64,000 bases of DNA from the NCBI GenBank assembly GCA_965205015.1, contig OZ242029.1, positions 1,088,001 through 1,152,000 of the forward strand. Direction: 5' to 3'. Made by a program: the position numbers and the translations under genes. Source of the stretch: Candidatus Poribacteria bacterium (GTDB lineage: Bacteria > Poribacteria > WGA-4E > WGA-3G). A model generated the notes under the pieces. It did no database searches, had not been told where the DNA came from, and worked only from the letters and a program-made list of their open reading frames with translations. Below, in pieces: positions 1 to 9,227 of the stretch. How positions within the stretch are numbered: position 1 is the stretch's first letter; each line of letters starts with the position of its first letter.

Positions 1-640
1 ATGGTGGTTAAATCTTGGGGGAATTATATTTTTAGGGTTTGTAGTTTCGCTTTTGCTAAGTTTTGGCTTTCACTGCTTTATAGAATTATGGAAGCGAGTG
101 AAGCCTTCCCGAGACGAAACCAATCAAGTAGAGAAGCAGATAAGAGCCGAGAAGAACGACCGGTTGGTTCGATTAAACGCTTTGACTACTGAGATTCAGC
201 ACTTGGAGGGCAACATTAGCGCGCTTAATCGGGAAAAGCAAGACTGTGAAAATCAGAATAAGGAAGCTGCTAAGCAACAGTTGGATGCTGACATCGCGGA
301 TCACAAGCATCCCATTGAAGTGGAAATCGCCCGTTTGAATGCCGAAAAAGAAAACCAACAAAGTCAAATTGAGGAACTCAATGAGCAGGTTGAGAGTCTT
401 CAAAAGGAAATTAACCAATGTGAATCAGAGATTAAGGTTTTATCAGACCAAGCATCTAAACAGATTATAAATGTAAAGAAATTGGAGGCGCAAGCATACG
501 AATTCGTGAGCGGATGGTGTCGATATGTGGCACAGAGTAAAACCGAGTTGCCTGATGATGTTTCGACCCAAATTAGGCATATTCAGAACCTTAGAGACGA
601 AACACTTGAAAAATTCAAAGCGTCTCTTTCAGAAATTTAA
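1..640 (+). CDS. Membrane-anchored long coiled-coil protein (5' end outside the window)
   Basis: Frame +2 is open from nt 2. Hydrophobic helix WWLNLGGIIFLGFVVSLLLSFGF, then ~150 aa of heptad-rich E/Q/K sequence, ending FVSGWCRYV. Stop lies 11 nt before the next gene. Confidence 0.75.
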   Translation, partial: WWLNLGGIIFLGFVVSLLLSFGFHCFIELWKRVKPSRDETNQVEKQIRAEKNDRLVRLNALTTEIQHLEGNISALNREKQDCENQNKEAAKQQLDADIADHKHPIEVEIARLNAEKENQQSQIEELNEQVESLQKEINQCESEIKVLSDQASKQIINVKKLEAQAYEFVSGWCRYVAQSKTELPDDVSTQIRHIQNLRDETLEKFKASLSEI

Positions 641-651
641 GGAGTTTCTAT

Positions 652-1533
652 ATGAGGAAAATAAGAGTTTTTGTAACAGTATGTGCGATATTTTTTATGT
701 TTCTACCTATTTGTAAATTGGATGGGCAAGAGTCAGAATCCTCCTCGGTAACTCCGATAAATATCATTGTAATCCTTGATACATCCAATAGGGTTTCTAA
801 GGAGAAACATCTGGGACAAGCACAAAGAGACAAGAAACTTGTGACAGAGATCATTAACCTGTTTGAAATGAAGGCAAAGAAGTTTATTCAGGAGACTGAA
901 GACCAGAAGTATCCATACACACTCACTTTCGTTGTGCCTCCTGAATATGGGGCAGACTCAAAAATTCCATCAGAGATTACGGATAACCTTACAATTGGGC
1001 CTGAGGAAATTTATCCTAAACTTAAAAAACAGAAAGAGGCGTTGCTTCAATCTATTGAAGCATTGTATCGAATTGTTGAAAGTCGGAATCTGGCGCAGTT
1101 CCCTGGGTCCGATATTTGGTATTGGTTCAAGTATCAAGCAGAACTCAAAAAAGGCACAAACAATCGTATCCTTTGTCTTTCAGATGGTTACCTTAACTTC
1201 GATGATGATATTCAAGCGGATCTGGGCAAGGGTAGATACATGCAAGTCGGTAAGTTGCGCAGCGACCCGAATTGGGTAAAAACGATCCAAGATGAAGGTT
1301 TGTTGAAAACTGGAAAAGATTTCGGCAATTACAATGTAAAGTTCATGATGGTTGAAATTGCTCTTGCAAAAGCGGAGTCTGGGGTGCTCTATGAGAAAGA
1401 CTTCGACATCATCACAACATATTGGAACACATGGTTGAAATCTATGGGAATCACCGATTCTCAATTTACTCAGTCGAATTTGGGTATCCCTCAACTGAAA
1501 AATCAGATTCAATCGTTCATTTTCCCAGAGTAA
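652..1533 (+). CDS. Exported VWA-like (MIDAS-type) protein
   Basis: SD AAGGAG; N-terminal signal peptide; NIIVILDTSNR (DxSxx-like) and RILCLSDGY motifs typical of VWA folds. Confidence 0.6.
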   Translation: MRKIRVFVTVCAIFFMFLPICKLDGQESESSSVTPINIIVILDTSNRVSKEKHLGQAQRDKKLVTEIINLFEMKAKKFIQETEDQKYPYTLTFVVPPEYGADSKIPSEITDNLTIGPEEIYPKLKKQKEALLQSIEALYRIVESRNLAQFPGSDIWYWFKYQAELKKGTNNRILCLSDGYLNFDDDIQADLGKGRYMQVGKLRSDPNWVKTIQDEGLLKTGKDFGNYNVKFMMVEIALAKAESGVLYEKDFDIITTYWNTWLKSMGITDSQFTQSNLGIPQLKNQIQSFIFPE

Positions 1534-1572
1534 CCTACTTTTGAGTTGCGGCATATCTATGGTGAATTCTTC

Positions 1573-2793
1573 ATGAACTCTTTTACAACGACTTTTATTT
1601 TCTTTCAGATTATTGTTTTGTCTTTATTGTCCTCTTATCTATGGCTAAATAAAACCTGGTATACGCATACCAACACTGCGGCTTCAATTGTAACCATCTT
1701 CGGTGTTTTCGGCACTTTTCTGGGTATTGTCATAGGGCTTGACGGTTTCCAAGCGGCTCCTGATAAAATTCAAGAGAGTATTAAGGAGTTGTTAAAAGGT
1801 CTCAGACTTGCCTTTTGGACATCCCTTGTCGGTATTGGATCAGCGTTGGGTTTAAAGATAATTGCACTGGTCTATCAGACATTGAAACCTGATGAAGATC
1901 CAGGCGAAAAAGCAATATCCAAGACCGATGAACTTCTCAACAGTATAAGGGTTTCGCTCAGTGGAGCAAATGGGGGAACCCTATTCACGGAACTACAGGC
2001 TTTACAAAAGACAGTTGAAAATAATAATCGTCAATGGATAAAAGAATTCAGTGCATTTTCAGAAAGAGTTGTTGAAGACTGTACGGGCCTATTAGTTGAA
2101 GCACTCGAAGCAGTTGTCCAAGATTACAATGCGAAAATCAACGAGCAATTTGGCGAAAACTTTGTAAAACTAAATGAGGCTGTTCTCGAAATTAATAGAT
2201 GGCAGGAACAATACCGCCAACAAATGGATGAACTTGCCACTGAATTTCGTATTGCGGCAGAAAGTGTTGAACAGTCTCGTGAATCATTGGAATCGGCAGC
2301 TGAATCACTCACCCTCATTGGAGGTCAAAGCAAAAATATCGTTTCTATTACTGAAGTATTAGATCCGATCCTTCAGAACTTAAACGATCGATTAGAGGAT
2401 TTCCGCCTGTTGCGCCAGCAAGCCCTTGATGCTTTCCCACAGATAAACAAAGGGCTAGATGACCTCACAAGCACATTTTCAAGTTCCGTTGAGAAATCGA
2501 TTGCCGATTCTGAGCAAAGTCTGCTCAATCAACGCAGCGCAATGGCCGAACATGTTAGACAAATTCGGAGTGCCTTAGAAACGACGACTCAACAATTGAC
2601 CAAAGTCACGAAACCTTTTTCGGAGACCACCGAAAAGATAAAAAACCTCTGGGACACTGACCTTAAGAGAAGCACTGATCTTGACAATATCATACAAGTA
2701 CTCGCCCGTAGTGCGGAAAGACTTGAGGGACATCTGAATCACTTGGATACGTTATCAGAAAGGCTAAATAAAAGAAGATGGTTTGGCTCATGA
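1573..2793 (+). CDS. zorA: ZorA-like MotA/TolQ/ExbB proton-channel protein with long cytoplasmic helical tail
   Basis: Three TM helices including IVTIFGVFGTFLGIVIGL and LLKGLRLAFWTSLVGI; ZorA-type tail motif DYNAKINEQFGENFVKLNEAV...WQEQY; directly upstream of a MotB/OmpA gene. Confidence 0.75.
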   Translation: MNSFTTTFIFFQIIVLSLLSSYLWLNKTWYTHTNTAASIVTIFGVFGTFLGIVIGLDGFQAAPDKIQESIKELLKGLRLAFWTSLVGIGSALGLKIIALVYQTLKPDEDPGEKAISKTDELLNSIRVSLSGANGGTLFTELQALQKTVENNNRQWIKEFSAFSERVVEDCTGLLVEALEAVVQDYNAKINEQFGENFVKLNEAVLEINRWQEQYRQQMDELATEFRIAAESVEQSRESLESAAESLTLIGGQSKNIVSITEVLDPILQNLNDRLEDFRLLRQQALDAFPQINKGLDDLTSTFSSSVEKSIADSEQSLLNQRSAMAEHVRQIRSALETTTQQLTKVTKPFSETTEKIKNLWDTDLKRSTDLDNIIQVLARSAERLEGHLNHLDTLSERLNKRRWFGS

Positions 2794-2856
2794 GAAATAC
2801 GATTCATTCCATGCCAGCATTTTGTATTCGTTGCGAGTTAGATCGGGTTTGAGAAT

Positions 2857-3849
2857 ATGATAGAAAAACACTTTAATCGGTACGGGCAAGAATCGGAAGA
2901 GCACTGGGTTTCGATCTCCGACGTGATGGCGGGGTTGATGGTTATCTTTCTCTTCGTTGCGATCAGTTACATGTTGAACGCCCACCACACAACAAAGCAA
3001 ATTATTGAACATGAGAAAAATATAGAGACCCTCCTTGACGATTACAAGAATTTGAAGGACAAATTAGCGAAAGCTTTACAAACTGAGTTTCAAGGCAATC
3101 CGAATAAAAAGAAGCAATTTGAATCAAAGTGGAAAGGGTATCTGAATATGGATACACTGACCATCGGCTTCAAACAGCCCTTCCAGGTGGGTAGCAAAAT
3201 CGTTCCAGATGAATTTAAAATTTACTTAGCGGATTTCTTCCCACGATATATTGAGATCCTAACGGAAGCTGATTATAGAGAGGAAATTGAGGAAGTCCGT
3301 ATCGAAGGGCATACCTCCAGCGAGTGGCAGGATCAAGTGCCTATTGATGTCGCTTTTATGAATAATATGGAGTTATCGCAAAATCGTGCGAGAAATGTCC
3401 TTGACTATGTGCTGGCAATAGACAATCCCAAAATATCTCAGAATAAGATATGGCTGAAGAAAAAAGTGACAGCAAATGGATTATCTTCGAGTCATCTCAT
3501 CCGGGATTTAGTTGAGAAAGATTCACTGGAACCCACCAATCCTTACGCCATCATCTCAGAGGAAACAGAAATTGAGGAATTCATCGTGAAGTCTGTGCAT
3601 AAGCGACTGCTCCGTGAAATTCCGAACTGGCAAAGGAAGCCAGACATTGATAAAATGGATATAATAAAGAGCGTTAGTGATTTTTTTAAAATAAAACCGA
3701 AACCAGAAGCCATTGAAAGAGTGATTAGTCTTCTTTTGGAGGACAGAGAAGCCTCTCGGCGTGTTGAATTTCGAGTTGTCACAAAATCTGAAAAGGTTAT
3801 TGAGCGCGTAAAACAACTTATGGAGGAATTTAACACGTCGACGGAATAA
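2857..3849 (+). CDS. zorB: ZorB-like MotB/OmpA peptidoglycan-binding protein
   Basis: HWVSISDVMAGLMVIFLF TM with the conserved Asp; OmpA motifs IEGHTSS, NMELSQNRA, TANGLSSS and SRRVEFRV. Confidence 0.8.
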   Translation: MIEKHFNRYGQESEEHWVSISDVMAGLMVIFLFVAISYMLNAHHTTKQIIEHEKNIETLLDDYKNLKDKLAKALQTEFQGNPNKKKQFESKWKGYLNMDTLTIGFKQPFQVGSKIVPDEFKIYLADFFPRYIEILTEADYREEIEEVRIEGHTSSEWQDQVPIDVAFMNNMELSQNRARNVLDYVLAIDNPKISQNKIWLKKKVTANGLSSSHLIRDLVEKDSLEPTNPYAIISEETEIEEFIVKSVHKRLLREIPNWQRKPDIDKMDIIKSVSDFFKIKPKPEAIERVISLLLEDREASRRVEFRVVTKSEKVIERVKQLMEEFNTSTE

Positions 3850-4020
3850 AGTCTATTTGTTTGGAGCATTTTCCCTTGACATTGAGCAAATGTATAAGGA
3901 GAGTTTTAGTGATTTTAAATATAATACCTGTTTTCTTATTTGCTGTCATTTTGGTGCTATAGAGTCAATACCCTTCGCACGGAAGTAAATCTATTATATG
4001 GAGATGAAAAGGAAATTTTG

Positions 4021-5769
4021 ATGAACAAACAGGCAGTTCTCTGTTCTTTAGTTTTCGCAATGTGCGTCTTTTGCGGTTTAGTGCCGATCCCTGCTTCCGC
4101 GCAAGGCATCCTTCTCGCCCAACAGGTGTTTCGGAAACACAACAAGACGCTCCAACGCGCGGATGTCCAAGAAGTCTTGCCACAGGTGCTGGAAGGATTA
4201 AAATCACCAGACACGCAAGCTCTTTTAAATCCGCAAACTATCAATATCGTCATCAATGACCCGGATCTCTTGCCGATATTTATTCCGGAGATAGAACCGA
4301 GGTTTGTGGCACTGCTGCAGCGGGATCAGGAACTCAAGAATTTCCTGAGGGATCCGCCGGTGCAAAGATTGCTTCAGAGTCCAGCGGCAATTGATGCCCT
4401 TGCCGAGCTGTTAGGGGTCAGTGCCCAGCGACCGCCAGACTTGCCTGCACAACAAATCTACAATCAAGCAATTCATTCCGTCGTATGGATAGCAACACTC
4501 GGGGATAACTGGTTCGGTAAGGGAAGTGGCGTTGTGATTGACAAGACACGTCGACTTGTCGTTACCAACGAACATGTCGTCCGTAACACTGAATTGATAT
4601 CTGTGTTTTTTCCGTTTAGACAGAACGGACGCTTGGTAGGAGATGAAGGGTTCTATTATGAGAATTGGGAATGGCTTGATCAGCGCGGTTTTCATGCTGA
4701 CGGTCGGATCGTCGCGAGAAGTATGAGGAATGACCTCGCAATCATCCAACTTGATCATCTCCCAGCAGCAACCCACGAAATTAAGCACGACTTTAGCAAA
4801 AACGTTGAAGATGGCATGCAGGAACGTGATAAGGTCCATATCTTGGGGAATCCGGGGAAGCAGTTGTGGCATTGGATGCCGGGCACTTTTGTAGGCGATG
4901 GGCGAAATTGTTTACCGAGCAAAGGCGATTGCTTCATCATGGAAGCTGGGGCAAGGGGTGGCAATAGCGGAGGTCCCGTCCTCAACGGGCAAGGGACACT
5001 CATTGGAATCCTGACTGCCGGGGACCGTGAAACCCGGTCATTGGCATCTCCTGCAAGGAACATAAAAGCGCTGCTGAAGACGGTTCCCGCGCATTTGGTC
5101 ACTGTCCCACCCCAACGGACGCATCCTAAACGGGTCTTCAAAATTAGAAACCACACCGGGGTTACTATCCCTTACCAAATCAGGTGGTCACATAACAACG
5201 ATTGGCAACGTTATTCCCTTGAGACGGGTTTTATCAGGACGCACAGGTCAGATGGACAGCAGGTTCCCTCAAATTACCCGAAAATCCAGTTTGATCACAT
5301 CGCCGGGGATCAATGGTTTACAGGGAAAACTTATAGATTGGAAACCGCCCTATTATTGGGTGAGAACAACGGTGGTGCCCCCACGTATATTTTTAGATAC
5401 AACCGTCGGGGAGACAGACTGGATCTGTTCCGTGATGTAAATGCAGCCCCCGCCCTCTCAAAAGTCGTTCCAAAAGAGAATTCCCTGTTCGCCAACTATC
5501 CGAACCCGTTCAACCCCGAAACGTGGATCCCCTATGAACTCGCCGAACCTGCAGAGGTGAACATCGCTATCTATACCACCGATGGGACGCTGGTTCGGAC
5601 GTTGCGGCTTGGACATCAACCCGCGGGTATGTATCAGAGCAAAGATCGTGCGGCGTATTGGAACGGCACAAACGCACTTGGTGAATCTGTGGCGAGTGGT
5701 GTGTATTTTTATACACTCAAAGTTTCCGGCGAATTTACAGCGACGCGGAAGATGCTAATACGGAAGTAA
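4021..5769 (+). CDS. Secreted trypsin-like serine protease with C-terminal FlgD-Ig-like sorting tail
   Basis: Signal peptide; catalytic triad TNEHVV / NDLAII / GNSGGP; C-terminus NYPNPFNPETWIPY...AAYWNG...ASGVYFYTL...TRKMLIRK. Confidence 0.85.
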   Translation: MNKQAVLCSLVFAMCVFCGLVPIPASAQGILLAQQVFRKHNKTLQRADVQEVLPQVLEGLKSPDTQALLNPQTINIVINDPDLLPIFIPEIEPRFVALLQRDQELKNFLRDPPVQRLLQSPAAIDALAELLGVSAQRPPDLPAQQIYNQAIHSVVWIATLGDNWFGKGSGVVIDKTRRLVVTNEHVVRNTELISVFFPFRQNGRLVGDEGFYYENWEWLDQRGFHADGRIVARSMRNDLAIIQLDHLPAATHEIKHDFSKNVEDGMQERDKVHILGNPGKQLWHWMPGTFVGDGRNCLPSKGDCFIMEAGARGGNSGGPVLNGQGTLIGILTAGDRETRSLASPARNIKALLKTVPAHLVTVPPQRTHPKRVFKIRNHTGVTIPYQIRWSHNNDWQRYSLETGFIRTHRSDGQQVPSNYPKIQFDHIAGDQWFTGKTYRLETALLLGENNGGAPTYIFRYNRRGDRLDLFRDVNAAPALSKVVPKENSLFANYPNPFNPETWIPYELAEPAEVNIAIYTTDGTLVRTLRLGHQPAGMYQSKDRAAYWNGTNALGESVASGVYFYTLKVSGEFTATRKMLIRK

Positions 5770-6162
5770 AGCTACAACACTCCACATTCACAGAGTTTCA
5801 AAAAGAAATGAGTGTCCACACGCTACAAGACGACATCCAAAAGGCTAACAACCTGCGGAGACAGGGAGGGGACACCTCACAAACCGTTCCACTTGATAGT
5901 CGTCATAGAGATGCTTGAAAGCGGGAACTTTGCGAAAACCGTATCCCTTTCAGAGAAATTAAAAAGAAGAACCCTTTTTTCCAGAGTTGATAACGGTTTT
6001 CAATAGCGGGAACGCATCAAACCGGCAACCGAGTCTCCACGATCCGTTTTTCCATCTGAAAACCGACGGCTTTTGATGCAAGATTATTTTCTTTGAACGA
6101 AACATATCACGTCATTGTTCCGCCAAGTTCACACGAACATGAACCAACAGAGAGAATGTTAA

Positions 6163-6674
6163 GTGAGTTACGTGATAAACATATATGAACACCTCCTGAT
6201 GAACAACACCGTCCTCGTCAAGAGGCCTTGGCATGGCACCGGAAGACAGCGATGCGGCAGTCAGTCCCGCTGCGTAGGAATGACATGCGCGTTACAATCC
6301 ATTCACACGACTGGCAAGTCTCTGGTCATTCCGACGCAAGAACAGAACGTCTCCGACAATCAGTGGCATCATATTGCGTATGTCTTGTTTGCAGATACGT
6401 ACACTCTCTTTATTGACGGAGAGGCTGTGCTATCGCAACCCGCGGTGGTGCATCCTGGTTTTTTGGGGATATCGTCTTACTGACGATAGTGACGAGCGCT
6501 GAAAACAATCAGAACACACTCGTGGATGAAGTCGGATTCTTTGAAACCGGGTTCAGTGCTTATGAAATCAAAGGACTTTACGAGGATGGGCTTGAGACAT
6601 TCCTGGAAGTCACGCCTGTCGAGTCTCACGGGAAACTCGCCACGACGTGGGGCGAACTGAAGTCCCGACAATAG
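6163..6674 (+). pseudogene. Fragmented LamG/concanavalin-like domain gene
   Basis: Two pieces in different frames: VSDNQWHHIAYV...LFIDG and VDEVGFF...VESHGKLATTWGELK. No intact N-terminus. Confidence 0.65.
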
Positions 6675-6855
6675 TTTAAGGAAAAACTATGAAAAGAGAA
6701 GATGACCCCATTAGTGTGAATTTGCCATGGGGTTAGAAATCTGAATTGGGTTGATGATGAGAAGGCATGAGACAGGTTTTCTCTACGGTTGGATCGAACT
6801 AACCGCGATATGTATAGAAATTGCGAAAAACTATACAGATTAAAGGACAGACACA

Positions 6856-7389
6856 ATGGAAATGAGGCTATGTTTTAGCGAATCTGACATCAATGATTTA
6901 GCGAACGGCTACACGGAATACCAGGGTGCGTACTATCATGAGAGAGAACAGCAGGTCATAGAACTTCGGGATGACATTCAGCGGCGAGGTTACCTGACGA
7001 AAGACGACTTGCATACGGTCGCATATTGGAAATCGCACAGAAGAGCCACCCTGACATTAGAGAACTCCGACGCTTTCATAGAAGAAATCACCACACAGGC
7101 ATTCACATCCACAGACGACTGGGAAAAATTGTTAGTTTTGACGAAGTTACGCGGCATCGGACAGCCAACCGCTTCTGCCATCCTACATCTCTATGACGAA
7201 GGGCAGTATCCGATCCTTGATGTTCGCGCGCTCTGGTCTGTGGGACTTGAAGGGGAAACGGGACCCTCGTATCCCTTCTGGCTGGAATATATTGCGTTTT
7301 GTCGGGACATTGCGAACCGAAACGGGGTAGACATGCGAACGCTGGATAGAGCGTTATGGTTTTATTCGTATGACAGTGGAGAGGCCTAA
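6856..7389 (+). CDS. Helix-hairpin-helix (HhH-GPD-like) DNA-binding/glycosylase-like protein
   Basis: SD AAAGGA; LTKLRGIGQPTASAILH (HhH), then YPILDVRA and MRTLDRALW. Confidence 0.7.
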   Translation: MEMRLCFSESDINDLANGYTEYQGAYYHEREQQVIELRDDIQRRGYLTKDDLHTVAYWKSHRRATLTLENSDAFIEEITTQAFTSTDDWEKLLVLTKLRGIGQPTASAILHLYDEGQYPILDVRALWSVGLEGETGPSYPFWLEYIAFCRDIANRNGVDMRTLDRALWFYSYDSGEA

Positions 7390-7610
7390 ATAGGAATAAT
7401 AGATACAATGCTGGATTGGATGCGCACACCGTTATCTGGTGGATCCATCAGTATAAATAGTTTACCGCTAAATTGGAACGATTCAACCAAGTTTTCCGAC
7501 CGCGTATCCAAGCACTCAATGCTGCTGACTGGGTGGCAGTGGATGGCGCCCCATAATTTCTATAGGTTTTTCAATAATCCAGGTATCTTAAAATCAAGGA
7601 GTCAACTGTT

Positions 7611-8057
7611 ATGATGAGTGTTGAGAAATTGCTGAAGCTTCTAAGACCAATAATCCCACATTTACCCAGGGCTGTCCAAAGATTTATGCCGGGGGTATTA
7701 GCATTTTTGCCATTAGCGTTCGAGATTGCTAACCTGTTATACAAGCATCGTGAAAAAATAAGGGAGATTATTGGGAATCTGGCTGAAAGCGTTTCAACCC
7801 AGTCGAAAAAAGAAACTGATGGGATCGCAGAGGCTATTCCTCGTCTACCCAGAAGAAGGGCTCGATGGTTAACTCGTCGGTTGGCGTATTTACCATTAGC
7901 ACTTGAAATTGCTAAGGCATCAAATCGAAAGAATATGAAGAGATTTCGTAATTTAACGGCACCACTTCCAGGCAATGTTAAAAGGAAAATAGGTAGGATA
8001 TTACAACGGGATAGTCGTCCTTCTCGTTGGAACTTTTCCCGTAGGTTCCGGCGTTGA
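7611..8057 (+). CDS. Basic hypothetical protein with an internal duplicated motif
   Basis: SD AAGGAG; repeated LAFLPLAFEIA / LAYLPLALEIA; Arg-rich. Confidence 0.55.
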   Translation: MMSVEKLLKLLRPIIPHLPRAVQRFMPGVLAFLPLAFEIANLLYKHREKIREIIGNLAESVSTQSKKETDGIAEAIPRLPRRRARWLTRRLAYLPLALEIAKASNRKNMKRFRNLTAPLPGNVKRKIGRILQRDSRPSRWNFSRRFRR

Positions 8058-8134
8058 GCGGATTAAATATCTGTCAATCCTTCTGGGACTGGACTACTCT
8101 GTGTATTGCTGGCAGTACAACTGGATGAGTTCTA

Positions 8135-9209
8135 ACGCCTTGTGCTAATTAGATTTTTCATGCGAGGACGAGATTTTTCAGTTCCATAAGGGGTCTGCCG
8201 AGTATATGATTGATGAAATACCCGAGTAAACACGCCCTGAACTTATTACTCATTCGGGTCCGGACGCCCCACTGCCCCATCTACGCACCTGGGAGACACA
8301 AAACTGATCCATCAACTGCCCGATTGTGGTCTCCACACGTCGGTGCAACCGCACTTGAAGTTTCCGAAACGTCTCGGGATATTGTCGTTTCTGGTTGCGC
8401 CGAAGCGTCGGGAGTAAACAGGTGTTTTCGGTCGCTAACACCTCCTCTTGGAGGCTTTCAGAGATATATCCTTTGTCGCCTAAAAGGATCGGATAGCGTC
8501 CGCACTTCACGAGCAGAGGCAATACCTTTCGGTCATCTATATTCGCAGAAGCGATTGCAAAATCAACAGGCACGCCATCAACGATGGTGATCAGATGTCC
8601 ATGAAACCCAAAGAACGTTCCGAGACCTTTCGTGGCACAGGGTCCATAAGTCGCAAGACACCCCGAAGCATCTGCCCACCGTAAGTCAGATGTTAAAGTT
8701 TTCACACGTTTGACATCACAAATCGGTATCGGGAAAGAATCAACAATGAACACGTCTGTTTGAGGCAAGCAGGTCCGCAAGGTCTCTCGGACGACTTCAC
8801 TCGCTGCCATGAGATTTCGCCGTCGTCGATTGAAACGAGATCGCTCCAGCAGAGACGGGAAAAGCCCGCGCAGTTGCTCTTTCAACCGTGGATACCCAGC
8901 ATTTTCGCTATCCGCACCGATATATTCAAGCAGGTAGGCGATCGTGAGAATATCAGCATCTGGGCAATCGGGATTCCGTCCGGGTCTGTGGCATTTGGAA
9001 AATGGGCATCATAAACTGTTTTGATGATCTTCTGAACCACACCTGCGACAGTGAGGCGCGTGTGAGGTTGATTTTTCAGTTGCAACGCATAGCGTTCTAA
9101 AGTAGACTGTAACTCCATCCTTATGCCTCCTTTGGAGTCTGTGTTTACCCCATCAGGATTGCATAAGGATGGACTTATTCAAATACCAAAACTAATTAGC
9201 ACAAGTCGT
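8135..9209 (-). mobile_element. IS982-family insertion sequence with frameshifted transposase
   Basis: 18-bp terminal inverted repeats ACGCCTTGTGCTAATTAG (8135-8152) and CTAATTAGCACAAGTCGT (9192-9209), 1 mismatch; ~1.07 kb; DDE motifs RSRFNRRRR, IVDSFPIPIC, LLGDKGYIS and RRVETT; ORF split into 8882-9118 and 8250-8885. Confidence 0.85.
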
Positions 9210-9227
9210 AATGAGAACGAAATTAAG

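Noticed and set aside
3876-3898. TTGACA...TATAAG promoter
   Set aside because: The spacer is only 11 nt.
9123-9227. N-terminal extension of the 1358-aa ORF
   Set aside because: It lies mostly inside the IS982 end; helicase homology begins at MSKFLEGLN (9228).
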